A stretch of DNA of 64,000 bases from Arenicellales bacterium. GTDB lineage: Bacteria > Pseudomonadota > Gammaproteobacteria > Arenicellales > JAJDZL01. The stretch lies in NCBI GenBank assembly GCA_965202615.1, contig OZ241837.1, positions 59,656 to 123,655 of the forward strand, given 5' to 3'. Numbering within the stretch: the stretch's first letter is position 1; each line of letters opens with the position of its first letter. Both the position numbers and the translations under genes were made by a program. The notes beneath the pieces were generated by a model, which was not told the DNA's origin, did not search any database, and was given only the letters and a program-made list of their open reading frames with translations. This document shows, piece by piece, positions 1 to 10,162 of the stretch.

Positions 1-2052
1 TGAGTATTCCGGCGAATACTCCCGGCCCCAACTGCCGTATCCCTTCTCCAGTCTGAGTGAAAGCAAGGCCCTGGATCCGATCAGAGCAAGCCCATACTCC
101 TTTCCCTTTTCCATGACCAGCTGAACCACCTCGGTTTGATGTTCACTCGGGAAATAAATCTCATAGCCAAGCTCACCGGTAAACGCCACTCGCAATACCC
201 AAGCGAGCGCAGGACCCACGCGCATCTGGCGTATGGTCATAAACCGTTGCGCTTCGCGGGAAAAGTCCTCGCCCGTCAATGACTCCATCAATTCCCTGGA
301 ACGCGGACCTGAAACCGATAACCCGACCCAGTCGACAGACATGCTGGCAATTTCAACGCCGCTGGCAAACCCGTTCTTTCTGAACCATCGATGATGATGG
401 TTTTCCGCAACGCCTGCACCGATCAACAGGAACTCATCGTCTTCGAGGCGAGCGACTGTAAAGTCAGCGACAACTCCGCCCATTTTGTGTACCATCGGCG
501 CCAACGCCATTCTGCGAAGTCCCGGCAACGTGTTGGTCGACAGGTGGTCAAGCCATTCCGCCGCTCTTGGGCCTTTGACGATGAATTTCGCATAGGCTGA
601 GGTGTCAAGCAGCCCGACTGCGGATCGAATGGTCCGGCACTCCTCCCCCACGGGCTCGAACGATTCAGTCCTTCGAAACGAGAAGTTCTCGATCGGCAGC
701 GTGCCTTCAGGCGCGAACCACATCGGCACCTCCCAACCATACTGCGCGCCAAACATCGCACCCCTGGTTTTCTGGAATTCATATACCGGCCTGGTCCGCA
801 CAGGACGGCCTGCCAGTCGTTCTTCGTATGGGAAGAAAATCCGAAACCTCGTCTCGTAGTTGTCTGCGGTCGTCTCAAGGACATAGTCGCGCGTCACCCA
901 GTCTCCGAAGCGGGCCACATCAATGGGCCAAAGATCAAGACTCGGCTGACCGTCCAGTATCCACTCGGCCATCATCAAGCCGAGGCCACCGCCAATGCTG
1001 AATCCGGGAATCAGGCCTCCGATCACAAAATAATTATGCAGTTGGGGGACCTCGCCAAACAGTGGGGACAGGTCCGGTGTCCAGATCATCGGTCCGTTGA
1101 CAATCCGTTTGATCCCGGCGGTTTCCATACACGGCATCCGATGCATTGCCCGCTCGACATTTTCCACGATTCGGTCGAGATCGTTGGGCAGCAGGTCGTG
1201 CCCGAAATCGAGCGGCGTGCCATCCTGGGCCCAGTGCCGTCCGGCTTTTTCATATGCCCCGACCAGCAGGCCTTTGCCCTCCTGGCGCATATAGTATTCG
1301 CCATCGTTGTCATGAATGAGCGGGAACTCCCTGCCCAATGCCTCGATTTCAGGTATGCTTTCAGTGACCAGATATTGATGCTCCATCGGCATCAGGGGCA
1401 AATCGAGACCGGCGAGTTTGCCCACTTCCCGGCCCCATAAGCCTGCGCAGTTAACCACGTAGCGAGACTCGATTTTGCCTTGCGGCGTCTCCACCAGCCA
1501 ACCTCCATTGGGTTGCTGGGTGGTGGCGGTTACGGGCGTATTTCGGTAAATCGTCGCGCCGTTCATGCGCGCGCCTGCGGCATAGGCATTCGTAACACCG
1601 CTTGGATCAATATGCGCTTCGTTATGTTCGAACATCGCGCTCAATACGCCGTCAAGGTTGAGCAGCGGATTCATTTCGCGCACATCATCGAGCGAAATCG
1701 TCTCAAATTCAAGACCCAGATATTTTGCTTTGGAAGCCTGGATTCGAATCTGGTCGTGCCGTTCCTGCGTTGTCGCAAGATAAATTCCGCCCACCGGATG
1801 GATTCCGCAGGACTGACCGGTCTCTTCCTCCAGCTGCGGGTATAGTTTGATCGTGTAGTAGTGAAGTTTGGAAAGATTGGCATTGTCCTGAAGCACATGG
1901 GTATTGCCGGCGGCATGCCAGGTCGAACCCGATGTCAGTTCCGAACGTTCCAGCAAAACAACATCCCTGCAACCCCTTTTTGCCAGGTGATAGGCCACGC
2001 TGCATCCGGCAACCCCGCCACCGATGATCGCGACTTCCGCAGTATTCCGCAC
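1..2052 (-). CDS. Dimethylglycine/sarcosine dehydrogenase-like FAD oxidoreductase (GcvT family); 3' end runs off the window
   Basis: Not in the ORF track. Manual translation from GTG at 2052 (AGGAGG RBS upstream) gives MRNTAEVAIIGGGVAGCSVAYHLAKRG...ERSELTSGSTWHAAG, with the GcvT-like RVAFTGELGYE motif near the window start. Confidence 0.9.
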   Translation of the reverse strand, partial: MRNTAEVAIIGGGVAGCSVAYHLAKRGCRDVVLLERSELTSGSTWHAAGNTHVLQDNANLSKLHYYTIKLYPQLEEETGQSCGIHPVGGIYLATTQERHDQIRIQASKAKYLGLEFETISLDDVREMNPLLNLDGVLSAMFEHNEAHIDPSGVTNAYAAGARMNGATIYRNTPVTATTQQPNGGWLVETPQGKIESRYVVNCAGLWGREVGKLAGLDLPLMPMEHQYLVTESIPEIEALGREFPLIHDNDGEYYMRQEGKGLLVGAYEKAGRHWAQDGTPLDFGHDLLPNDLDRIVENVERAMHRMPCMETAGIKRIVNGPMIWTPDLSPLFGEVPQLHNYFVIGGLIPGFSIGGGLGLMMAEWILDGQPSLDLWPIDVARFGDWVTRDYVLETTADNYETRFRIFFPYEERLAGRPVRTRPVYEFQKTRGAMFGAQYGWEVPMWFAPEGTLPIENFSFRRTESFEPVGEECRTIRSAVGLLDTSAYAKFIVKGPRAAEWLDHLSTNTLPGLRRMALAPMVHKMGGVVADFTVARLEDDEFLLIGAGVAENHHHRWFRKNGFASGVEIASMSVDWVGLSVSGPRSRELMESLTGEDFSREAQRFMTIRQMRVGPALAWVLRVAFTGELGYEIYFPSEHQTEVVQLVMEKGKEYGLALIGSRALLSLRLEKGYGSWGREYSPEYS

Positions 2053-2074
2053 TTTTGAATTCCTCCTTTATGGG

Positions 2075-3610
2075 CTAAAGAGGCGCGCTGGAGCGCTCCT
2101 TTTTTGTTATTTCGATAAACTCGTCAAGCTCTTGCAGGATTGCCGGATCAAGGTCCGGTTGCTGATATTCTGCAAGCAGCTGCTGATAGATTCGGTTCGC
2201 GCGTTGCGTCGAATCGACCGCACCGTCTTCAAACCATGTTTCAAAATTTCTCCAATCCGAGAGGATTGGACGATAGAACTCGGTCTCAAATCGTTCCATC
2301 GTCTGTTGTGTCGAGAAGTAGTGTCCGCCTGGTCCGACTTCTCGCATCGCGTCAATGCCGATCGTATCGTCGTCAACGACGACCGGCTTCATGACTTCTA
2401 CCATCCCCTGCAGCATCTCCGCATCAATAATGAATTTTTCAAACGATGCGCAAAGCCCGCCTTCCAGCCAGCCAAGCGCATGATGCACCAGGTTGGCATG
2501 ACCCATGACCGAACTCCAGATTGCCATTTGCGATTCATACGCGGCCTGTACATCCGGCGCATTGGAAGCGTTGACATTGGAGGATCGATAGGGGATCTTG
2601 TAAAACCGGGCAAACTGTCCGCCAATCAGCGTCGCCTTGACATATTCAGGTGTGCCAAATGCCGGCGAGCCGGTTTTCATGTCAACGTTCGAGGTAAACC
2701 CTCCATACATGACAGGTGCGCCGGGATTGACGATCTGGGAAAATGCAAGTCCTGCCAGCGCTTCGGCGTTTTGCTGGGTGATCGCACCGGCGAGCGTGAT
2801 CGGAGCCATTGCACCGGCCAGGGTAAATGGCGTAATGACAACCACCTGGTTCGTCTTGGCGAGTTCGATAATTCCCCACAGCATCGGGATGTCATACTGC
2901 AAGGGAGAGTTAACGTTCACCACGGTGTAAAGGCTTGGGTGTTCGGCCAGTCCTTTCCAGTCCAGCATGTGACTGATTCGGGTGATTTCGAGCAGGTCCA
3001 TCACGCGTTCCCGGCCAAGGGAATAGCACCTGAACACTTTGTCGGTCAGTGTCAGACTCATCCTCGCGGTATCCAGGTGGCGGGTCCGGGGGTCCAGATC
3101 AAGCGGTTCAACCGGATGACCGGAGATCGCGTGAACGGCGTTGACGCATTGCGCAAGTCGTATGAAGTTGCAGTAATCCTTGAAATTTCCGGAACGCCGG
3201 CCACCCTGGATGTCGCTCGCGTTCGGAGGACCGGCGACGGTCGAAAATGCCACCCATCGTCCGCCTATCTTGATGTTTCGGGCCGGGTTTCGTGCGTGAA
3301 TGGTAAATTCTGATGGGGCTTTGGCGATTGATTCAAGAATCAGGTCGCGGTCAAATCGGACCCGCGTCCCGTCTTCTTCAACGTCGGCACCGGCTTTTTT
3401 CAATATTTCCCGCGCTTCGTCCAGCAGGAAATTAATCCCGATCTCTTCCAGAACAGTGAGAGAAGCGTCGTGAATTCGATGCAGCTGTTCCTCTGACAGT
3501 ACTTCAACGGGTGAGAATGGATTCTCGACTTGCTGAAACGGCAGCTGATCAATACTCGCTTGACTTGGCTTGTCCCGTCGCCGTCTTGGATTGCGAGACC
3601 GGTTCGCCAT
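2075..3610 (-). CDS. Trimethylamine methyltransferase family protein (non-pyrrolysine MttB/MtgB-like, probable betaine methyltransferase)
   Basis: Motifs IHDASLTVLEEIG, NVNSPLQYD, TPFTLAGAMAP, FTSNVDMKTGSPAFGTPE, GWLEGGL, VGPGGHY; no in-frame amber codon; start taken at MANRSR. Confidence 0.9.
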   Translation of the reverse strand: MANRSRNPRRRRDKPSQASIDQLPFQQVENPFSPVEVLSEEQLHRIHDASLTVLEEIGINFLLDEAREILKKAGADVEEDGTRVRFDRDLILESIAKAPSEFTIHARNPARNIKIGGRWVAFSTVAGPPNASDIQGGRRSGNFKDYCNFIRLAQCVNAVHAISGHPVEPLDLDPRTRHLDTARMSLTLTDKVFRCYSLGRERVMDLLEITRISHMLDWKGLAEHPSLYTVVNVNSPLQYDIPMLWGIIELAKTNQVVVITPFTLAGAMAPITLAGAITQQNAEALAGLAFSQIVNPGAPVMYGGFTSNVDMKTGSPAFGTPEYVKATLIGGQFARFYKIPYRSSNVNASNAPDVQAAYESQMAIWSSVMGHANLVHHALGWLEGGLCASFEKFIIDAEMLQGMVEVMKPVVVDDDTIGIDAMREVGPGGHYFSTQQTMERFETEFYRPILSDWRNFETWFEDGAVDSTQRANRIYQQLLAEYQQPDLDPAILQELDEFIEITKKERSSAPL

Positions 3611-4290
3611 TACACAACTGCGCAATTCATAGGTGACGGAAATTGAGAGTGCGGCAGCATTCGACCTGATGCACTGGAGACAGGGGGACTAGTTGGTTTC
3701 CAGAATTCGAACGATTCGAGTTATCGAAATTTTCTACCAGGGATTGCCAGCAAAATTCAACCGGTCGAAACTAAGCAGTCCAAATTTGCCGACATCGCAC
3801 ATACCAGAACATTAATATAAATTCTTTTTCGCTGACGGTTTAAAGTTTCTGCAAGAAAAACGGCATTTCTGTTGGCGTGAATTTACAATTCCAGGGGAGT
3901 AGGACAAAAAAATCGAACCATCAAATATTGACCGCCAAGCGGTGTTAATTTCGATGAATTGATGTCGCTTTTTCAAACCCGGAGACATTCGTCATGCACC
4001 GAAAGGATGCCTTGCGACGAATTTCGGAGCCGAGCGGTCAGTTGATTGATCCACATTGGAAGCCGATCGACAAACCCCTTGCCGTAGCCGGATCGGCGCC
4101 TGCGTCATCCGAGCCGGGATTGTCAGGCGATGCGGCTGCGATGAACAGCCTGTGACATTCATTGATCCTGTCGGGCCGCGTACATTGCATTCCGTGAAGT
4201 GATCAATTGCACTTTGCCACTTGAATTTTCTGCCGCTACAACCATATCTGAACGCACATCGTGACCATTCATTATGCCGGAGGACAAAGC

Positions 4291-5217
4291 ATGACCGAAT
4301 ACGACCCCCAGTATAAGTTGCTGGTATCCAATCGCTGGATAATGCAGCAGCTTGTCGAAGCGTTCCTGGATACCTCCGTGACCGACATCATGGACCTTGA
4401 CTCACTTGAGTTGTTTCCGACAGAGTCAATCAGTAAGAATGCAAAATCAAAAAAATTTAAGGTCCGACACAATGACGTGATGTGGAAGATCAGGCTCAGG
4501 GATGGTTCGCAGGCGTATGTGCTGCTGATGGTGGAGGCGCAGTCAAGCGTTGACCCTGCGATGGCGTTAAGAGTCGGAGAATATATTCTAAACTGGTATC
4601 TCTATCTGATGGCGACAGAGGGTCTTGAGGTGTTGCCTCTGATCGTGCCGATGGTCATATACAACGGCGATAGTGCCTGGAACGCTGAGACGCGGCTGCA
4701 CAACATGATCGATGCGCCAGAGGCGTTTCGCAAAATGGGCGTTGTGATGGATGGCGGTTATATCCTGATTGACGAGAAGCGCCTGTATGATTCCGGCCAA
4801 TTGCCTTCGGGCAATATTTTTGCACCGCTCATTACGGCGTTGCACACAAGCAATTTCGGCGAGTTTCGTGACAGTATTAAAATGACGGATCAGATGCTTG
4901 AGAAGTCGGGAGAGAATCAAGAATATATAGAACACGTCAATTCGTTTATACTTAATTTGAAGAGAATTGAGAACGACGTAAGATTGGCACAAATCATTCA
5001 GCAGCGAGGTATGCAGGACATGACAACGACCATTGCGGACTTTGAAAAGCAGATCATGGAGAGAGGCAAGCAGGAAGGTATGCTGGAAAAAGCGCATGAG
5101 TTTGCCAAACGCATGCTTGGCGATGGCAGACCTGAGCAGGAGGTCCGGCGCTATACGGATCTGTCATCCGAAGAAATCCGCCAGATCAAGAGTGAGATTG
5201 AGAATTCCAGGCGCTGA
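4291..5217 (+). CDS. Rpn/YhgA-like recombination-promoting nuclease (PD-(D/E)XK, putative transposase_31)
   Basis: YDPQYKLL N-terminus, RHNDVMWKI...VEAQSSVDPAMALR, P-VIYNG-W, C-terminal GKQEG...AKRML...YTDLS tail; GGAGG RBS before ATG 4291. Confidence 0.85.
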   Translation: MTEYDPQYKLLVSNRWIMQQLVEAFLDTSVTDIMDLDSLELFPTESISKNAKSKKFKVRHNDVMWKIRLRDGSQAYVLLMVEAQSSVDPAMALRVGEYILNWYLYLMATEGLEVLPLIVPMVIYNGDSAWNAETRLHNMIDAPEAFRKMGVVMDGGYILIDEKRLYDSGQLPSGNIFAPLITALHTSNFGEFRDSIKMTDQMLEKSGENQEYIEHVNSFILNLKRIENDVRLAQIIQQRGMQDMTTTIADFEKQIMERGKQEGMLEKAHEFAKRMLGDGRPEQEVRRYTDLSSEEIRQIKSEIENSRR

Positions 5218-5692
5218 CTTGGGCACTTGGAAGCGGTTCTTTTCGTAACTCAAGAATTCCACGTCGGTGAGAATCAACTCCGAAACGTAACTCGGGCGGT
5301 TTGAGCAAGCGGCCCGGCAGTCAATGCGTTTCATTCGTTGCCAGTAAGGGTGTCTGCGCCTTGGTTTTGCAGTGCGATGTGAATGGCAGCAAGCGGCGGC
5401 ATGGTTCGGCACAGTTTACGTACCACTGACTTTTTGCTTGATTATTGAACTGCGATTTAAGCGCCACATGATTTGGCAAAGCGCAGGAATTCAACTTTAT
5501 TGGTTTCGAAAGCCTCCAGCGGATTTTGTGCATGAAGGCATCCCTGAAATACAGTTCGCCGCATTCGCCGAAATTGTCAAAAACTATATTTTTACGCAGG
5601 TAAGGCCTATTTATTCATATTTATCAAACCTATAAGTCAATTTATTCGTCGTTTTTCAATTCCAAAACACGAGAAAATAAAAGAAGAACAAT

Positions 5693-7735
5693 ATGTCTAG
5701 TCGAACGGACCCCCTGCTCCAGCCTTTTCGTCTCAAATATCTTGAGCTGAAAAACCGAATCATCAGCACCAGTCATGAACCGGCGTATTCCGAAGATATG
5801 CTGCCTAAATTGCGTTACCAGTTGTACCACGAGGAAAAAGCCAAGGGCGGCATTTCGCTGACAATGTTCGGCGGTTCAACACTGGTTGACCGCGACTCTC
5901 CGCCGGCGTTTGGGAACCTGTATGCGGGGAGCGACGAAATCATTCCCTATTTCAGGCAGTTGTCAGAGCGGGTGCATCAGCACGGCGCGGCATTAATGTG
6001 CCAAATCACGCACCTGGGACGTCGAACCTCCCCCTATGTCGAAGACTGGCTGCCAACCGTCGCCGCGTCCTGCGTGCGAGAGCCCGCACATCGTGCCTTT
6101 CCCAAAGAGCTGGAATTTGAAGATATGGCACGCATTGCCAAAGCCTATGGTTCTGCCGCACGCAGATGTATGGAAGGTGATATCGATGGAGTCGAAATCG
6201 AAGGATATGGGCATCTGCTTGACGGGTTCTGGTCACCGATGACCAATCGAAGGACCGATGAATATGGCGGCAGCCTGGAAAATCGCGTGCGTTTCACGCG
6301 CGAGGTGATCAGCGAGATTCGCAATCAGGTCGGCAGCGACTTTATCATTGGAATCCGCATGGTGGTCGACGAGGACCTGGATGGCGGGCTTGACTTTGAC
6401 GAAGGCATGACCATCGCCAAAATTCTCACGGATACGGGCCAGCTTGACTTCATCAATGTAATCAAGGGTCACGTCGATACCGACGAAGGGCTTTCTCACG
6501 TCATCCCGAATATGGGGACCCCTTCCGGCCCTCACCTTGAGTTCACCTCGGCCGTTCGTTCGGAACTCGAACTGCCCGTACTTCATGCCGCCAGAATTGC
6601 CGATGTGGCAACGGCCAGGCACGCGGTCGCGAGCGGCTGCGTTGATCTGGTCGGCATGACCCGGGCGCATATGGCCGACCCGCATATCGTGAAAAAGATC
6701 GAGGACGGTCACGAAGATCAAATCCGACCCTGCGTCGGTGCAGGTTACTGTATCGACCGCATCTACGTCGGCGGCGAGGCGCTATGTATCCACAACCCGT
6801 CAACCGGGCGCGAAGAAACCACCCCCCACATGATCAGTCCATCACGAAAATCGAAGCGTGCTGTTGTCGTAGGCGCTGGCCCGGCTGGCCTGGAAGCTGC
6901 CCGCGTTCTGGCCGAACGAGGTCATGATGTTGTGCTTTTCGAAGCTGCAGACCAACCCGGCGGCCAAATCGCAATCGCGGCAAAAGTAGAGCGAAGACGA
7001 GAGATTCTTGGGATTGTCGATTGGCGTTACGGGCAGCTGCAGCGGCTAAGCGTCGATATGAGATTCAATGTTTTTGCTGAAGCTGGCGACATCGCGGCCG
7101 AACGGCCTGATATTGTAATCGTGGCCACCGGCGGGCTGCCAAACGTGTCGTTCCTTCGTTCCGGCCATGAGTTGGCAACGACAACCTGGGACATACTCAC
7201 CGGAATCACGTCGCCTCAGTCCAATGTGCTCATGTACGACGATAACGGGCAACATCAGGGAGTTTCCTGTGCGGAATTTGTCGCCCTCAAGGGAAGCTCG
7301 ATCACGATCGCCACACCGGACCGAAGCATCGCCCAGGAAGTCGGCGGTACGAACTATCCGGTCTATCTCAAACTCTTTTATCAGCTCGGCGTTGAAATGA
7401 TGCCCAATCAGAGGCTGATCGATATCAAGCGCAAGAACGGCCGCCTCAGCGGCTCGTTCTATAACGAGTATGACCACAGCACATCAGCGATCGAAGCGGA
7501 CCAGATCATCGTTGAACACGGTACATTGCCGAACGATGAAATCTACTTTGACCTAAAGCCCGATTCATCCAATCTGGGGGTTGTTGATATTGATTCCCTG
7601 GTTGCCGGGAAACCTCAGAATCACATCTCCAATCCGGACGGCAGCTATCGGCTTTTCCGGGTTGGAGATGCGGTCGCAAGTCGCAATATTCACGCCGCCA
7701 TATACGATTCATTGAGACTGTGTCAGCATCTCTAG
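5693..7735 (+). CDS. NADH:flavin oxidoreductase (OYE family), N-methylproline demethylase StcD/HpbA-like
   Basis: DPLLQPF-LK-LELKNRI-STSHEPAY, QITHLGRRT, HRAFPK, GMTRAHMADPH, IRPCVGAGYCIDRIY Fe-S motif, GAGPAG; ends RNIHAAIYDSLRL. Confidence 0.85.
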   Translation: MSSRTDPLLQPFRLKYLELKNRIISTSHEPAYSEDMLPKLRYQLYHEEKAKGGISLTMFGGSTLVDRDSPPAFGNLYAGSDEIIPYFRQLSERVHQHGAALMCQITHLGRRTSPYVEDWLPTVAASCVREPAHRAFPKELEFEDMARIAKAYGSAARRCMEGDIDGVEIEGYGHLLDGFWSPMTNRRTDEYGGSLENRVRFTREVISEIRNQVGSDFIIGIRMVVDEDLDGGLDFDEGMTIAKILTDTGQLDFINVIKGHVDTDEGLSHVIPNMGTPSGPHLEFTSAVRSELELPVLHAARIADVATARHAVASGCVDLVGMTRAHMADPHIVKKIEDGHEDQIRPCVGAGYCIDRIYVGGEALCIHNPSTGREETTPHMISPSRKSKRAVVVGAGPAGLEAARVLAERGHDVVLFEAADQPGGQIAIAAKVERRREILGIVDWRYGQLQRLSVDMRFNVFAEAGDIAAERPDIVIVATGGLPNVSFLRSGHELATTTWDILTGITSPQSNVLMYDDNGQHQGVSCAEFVALKGSSITIATPDRSIAQEVGGTNYPVYLKLFYQLGVEMMPNQRLIDIKRKNGRLSGSFYNEYDHSTSAIEADQIIVEHGTLPNDEIYFDLKPDSSNLGVVDIDSLVAGKPQNHISNPDGSYRLFRVGDAVASRNIHAAIYDSLRLCQHL

Positions 7736-8862
7736 CGAACTCCGGGAAAAATTTTGACGCGATCGTAATCGGCGGGGGTATCGCCGGCGCTTCGGTTGGC
7801 GCGTTCTTGGCCGAAGACGGGCTGAACATTGCCCTGCTGGAAAAAGAAAGTTCTCTGGCCTATCACACGACCGGGCGAAGTGCGGCGCTTCTCACACCCT
7901 ATTACGGTCCGGAATCAATGCGAGCGTTCGGAGCGATCGGAAAGCCGTTCCTTGAATCTCCCGCCTTTGACACCGACTTGCAGGTTCTGAGTCACCGACT
8001 GACGCTTACTTTGGTCGAAAAAGCGGATGCGATACGAGTCGAACGACCGCCGAAGAGCATCTGGCTGGACGAGCAGGATTGTCTGCAGCAAGTGCCTTTC
8101 TTGAAACCCGGAAGATACATTGGCGGTGTGGTTGACACACAGGTTGCATCAATTGATGTGCACGCGTTGCACACCATCTATGTCAAGGCGCTGACAAGTC
8201 GCGGCGGACAGGTTTTGCGGGATTCTCCGGTGACTGATTTGAAGGTGTCTCCATCCGGTGTGTGGGAAGTCATCACCGATTCCGCATCATACCACTCTCC
8301 AACCGTAATCAACGCAGCGGGCGCCTGGGGCGATCACCTTGCGCAAGCTGCCGGAATCAGTCCGGTGGGGCTGGTGCCGAAGCGACGGACTGTGATTGTT
8401 GTTGACAGCGATCAATTCGACAACGTCAGTTTCGACGACCTGCCGTTCGTCATTGTCGAACCCGACTACCTGTATTTTCAACCGTTCGGAATTGGACAAT
8501 TGATGATTTCTCCAATTGACCAGACACCAAGTCTGCCATGCGACGCACAGCCCGACGAACTCGACAAGGCAGTAACGGTTTCACGCTTTGAAGAGGTTTC
8601 AACGCTGAACGTAAAACGCATCGGCCACAGTTGGGCCGGGCTTCGAACATTTTCACCGGACGGGGACCCGGTGATTGGCTGGGAACCGCACCAACCGGGA
8701 TTCTTCTGGCTGGTTGGACAAGGCGGTTATGGGATATTCACCTCGCCGGCAATCGGCCGCTATGCAGCATCGTTGATTTCCGGAACGGACTTGCCAAGTA
8801 CTTATCGCGATGCAGGATTTCCTTTCAGCAAGCTGGCGCCAGACAGGTTCCGTCTGAATTGA
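7720..8862 (+). CDS. FAD-dependent oxidoreductase, DAO family (D-amino acid dehydrogenase/DauA-like)
   Basis: GGGIAG, YHTTGRSAA, NAAGAWGD, WAGLRTFSPD, GQGGYGI-TSPA; overlaps the upstream stop codon. Confidence 0.85.
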   Translation: MSASLANSGKNFDAIVIGGGIAGASVGAFLAEDGLNIALLEKESSLAYHTTGRSAALLTPYYGPESMRAFGAIGKPFLESPAFDTDLQVLSHRLTLTLVEKADAIRVERPPKSIWLDEQDCLQQVPFLKPGRYIGGVVDTQVASIDVHALHTIYVKALTSRGGQVLRDSPVTDLKVSPSGVWEVITDSASYHSPTVINAAGAWGDHLAQAAGISPVGLVPKRRTVIVVDSDQFDNVSFDDLPFVIVEPDYLYFQPFGIGQLMISPIDQTPSLPCDAQPDELDKAVTVSRFEEVSTLNVKRIGHSWAGLRTFSPDGDPVIGWEPHQPGFFWLVGQGGYGIFTSPAIGRYAASLISGTDLPSTYRDAGFPFSKLAPDRFRLN

Positions 8863-9145
8863 GGGGCGCTGATTACCGTCCATATGAACCTCCTAAACGC
8901 GAGAGAGTGCCAGTCCATTGCGAGCAACGGGCTATCAAGATCACTTCACAGAGTTCATTTAAGCGTCCTGTCCATTTCCTTTTATGTTTAGGAAACCTCT
9001 ATTTTCCCCGAAAATTGATGTGAATCAGGTGCCGGTTGCCTGATTGCTGAGAATCTTGCCTGGCCTTGGGCAAAACTTTCGGACTTTTCGCAATGCCCAG
9101 ACAATTTTTAGTAACAATCGGCTGAATCTGACAGTTTTGCGGCTT

Positions 9146-9790
9146 TTAAGCCCCTAATCCCCCATCAGGGCACAATTGTCCCGATGCCGCTACCGAGGAT
9201 GCCTCCAAGGACTTCAATCGCCGAATGTTGTAACACAGATTCCGCAAGCCGATCCACGCACTAGCTCGCTTCCTACCGCTACAGCGCATGCGATGCTCCG
9301 GCATCTCCATCCGCATCGCACCGAACACATGCTCGACTCTCGAGCGCACCTTCGAATACGCCCGCATCAGGTCAGCCTGCCTCTTCGTCAGCTCTTTCGA
9401 GCGCGTCCCCCTTGTCATTGATGCGCGGCTTGAAACCGAGTTGGCGCAACTCCTCAACCCCATCCTGCGAGCGATACGCACTGTCCGCCCAAACCTGAGG
9501 GTCCCCAGCCGGACTGTCGGGCAGAAACTGCCCGAATCCCTGACTGTCGTGGCGGCTCGACGCCGTCACCTCATACCGGTCAATGAGTTTCGTGTCACGG
9601 TCCGCCGACACATGATTCTTGCAGCCGTAACAGGACTGTCTGCGCTTCTTCGTCCAGCGCGCATCGGTGTCTTTTTGCCGCAACTTGTTCGGCTGCCCCT
9701 TTCGCTCCTTCGGCACCTCGCCCGACTTCACAGTCGCATGGTCCTCGCGACTGTTGCGCTGGCGCGGCACCTCCACGATCAACGAGGCCT
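9146..9790 (-). pseudogene. IS5-family transposase remnant (frameshifted, 5'-truncated)
   Basis: IVEVPRQRNSRE...KDTDARWTKK...YGCKNHVSAD...RHDSQ...WADSAY in one frame, SKVRSRVEHVFG...IGLRNLCYNIRR in another. Confidence 0.85.
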
Positions 9791-9950
9791 TTGAAAATGA
9801 TGCTGGATGGATGACCCGGTTGCTGTCGCGCCGCGGCAACCGCCGGTCAATCATTGAAGGCAGCCTCAGGCGCTTGATCAACTCGGCGAGTGCCACCAAG
9901 CCGGCACGGGCAGTCAAAGTTGGGGAAGTGTCGAATTTTTTTATACAATA
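9790..9950 (-). pseudogene. IS1380-family transposase N-terminal fragment abutting the IS5 remnant
   Basis: TLTARAGLVALAELIKRLRLPSMIDRRLP..SNR resembles the IS1380 N-terminal LTxRAGL...LP-PGSNRGY pattern. Confidence 0.55.
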
Positions 9951-10162
9951 TACACCCGTAGAAACAGCGGTGAGTTTCCAGAACTGGAATCTCGGCCGCA
10001 TTTGTCAGGTTTATGCATGTGCCTGAAATCGGGAGTGTCGAAATCTCGCAAGGCAGGCCATAGGATGGTAAAAGAATGCTACAAGGATGTAGCGCGCGTG
10101 CGGGATTTGGTGCGGACGCTCCCGCATTCGGGCGTGTTGGTGGCCTTGATGTCTGCCATAAT

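Noticed and set aside
2024..3313. 429-aa plus-strand ORF, and similar long antisense ORFs such as 21882-23108, 11914-12912 and 47407-48207
   Set aside because: Shadow frames opposite well-supported genes; no recognisable motifs.
2075..3610. Possible pyrrolysine recoding in the MttB-family gene
   Set aside because: The ORF is uninterrupted and no pyl genes are present.
3994..4155. 53-aa ORF MHRKDALRR... with a GGAGA RBS
   Set aside because: No recognisable features; cannot be supported without homology or expression data.
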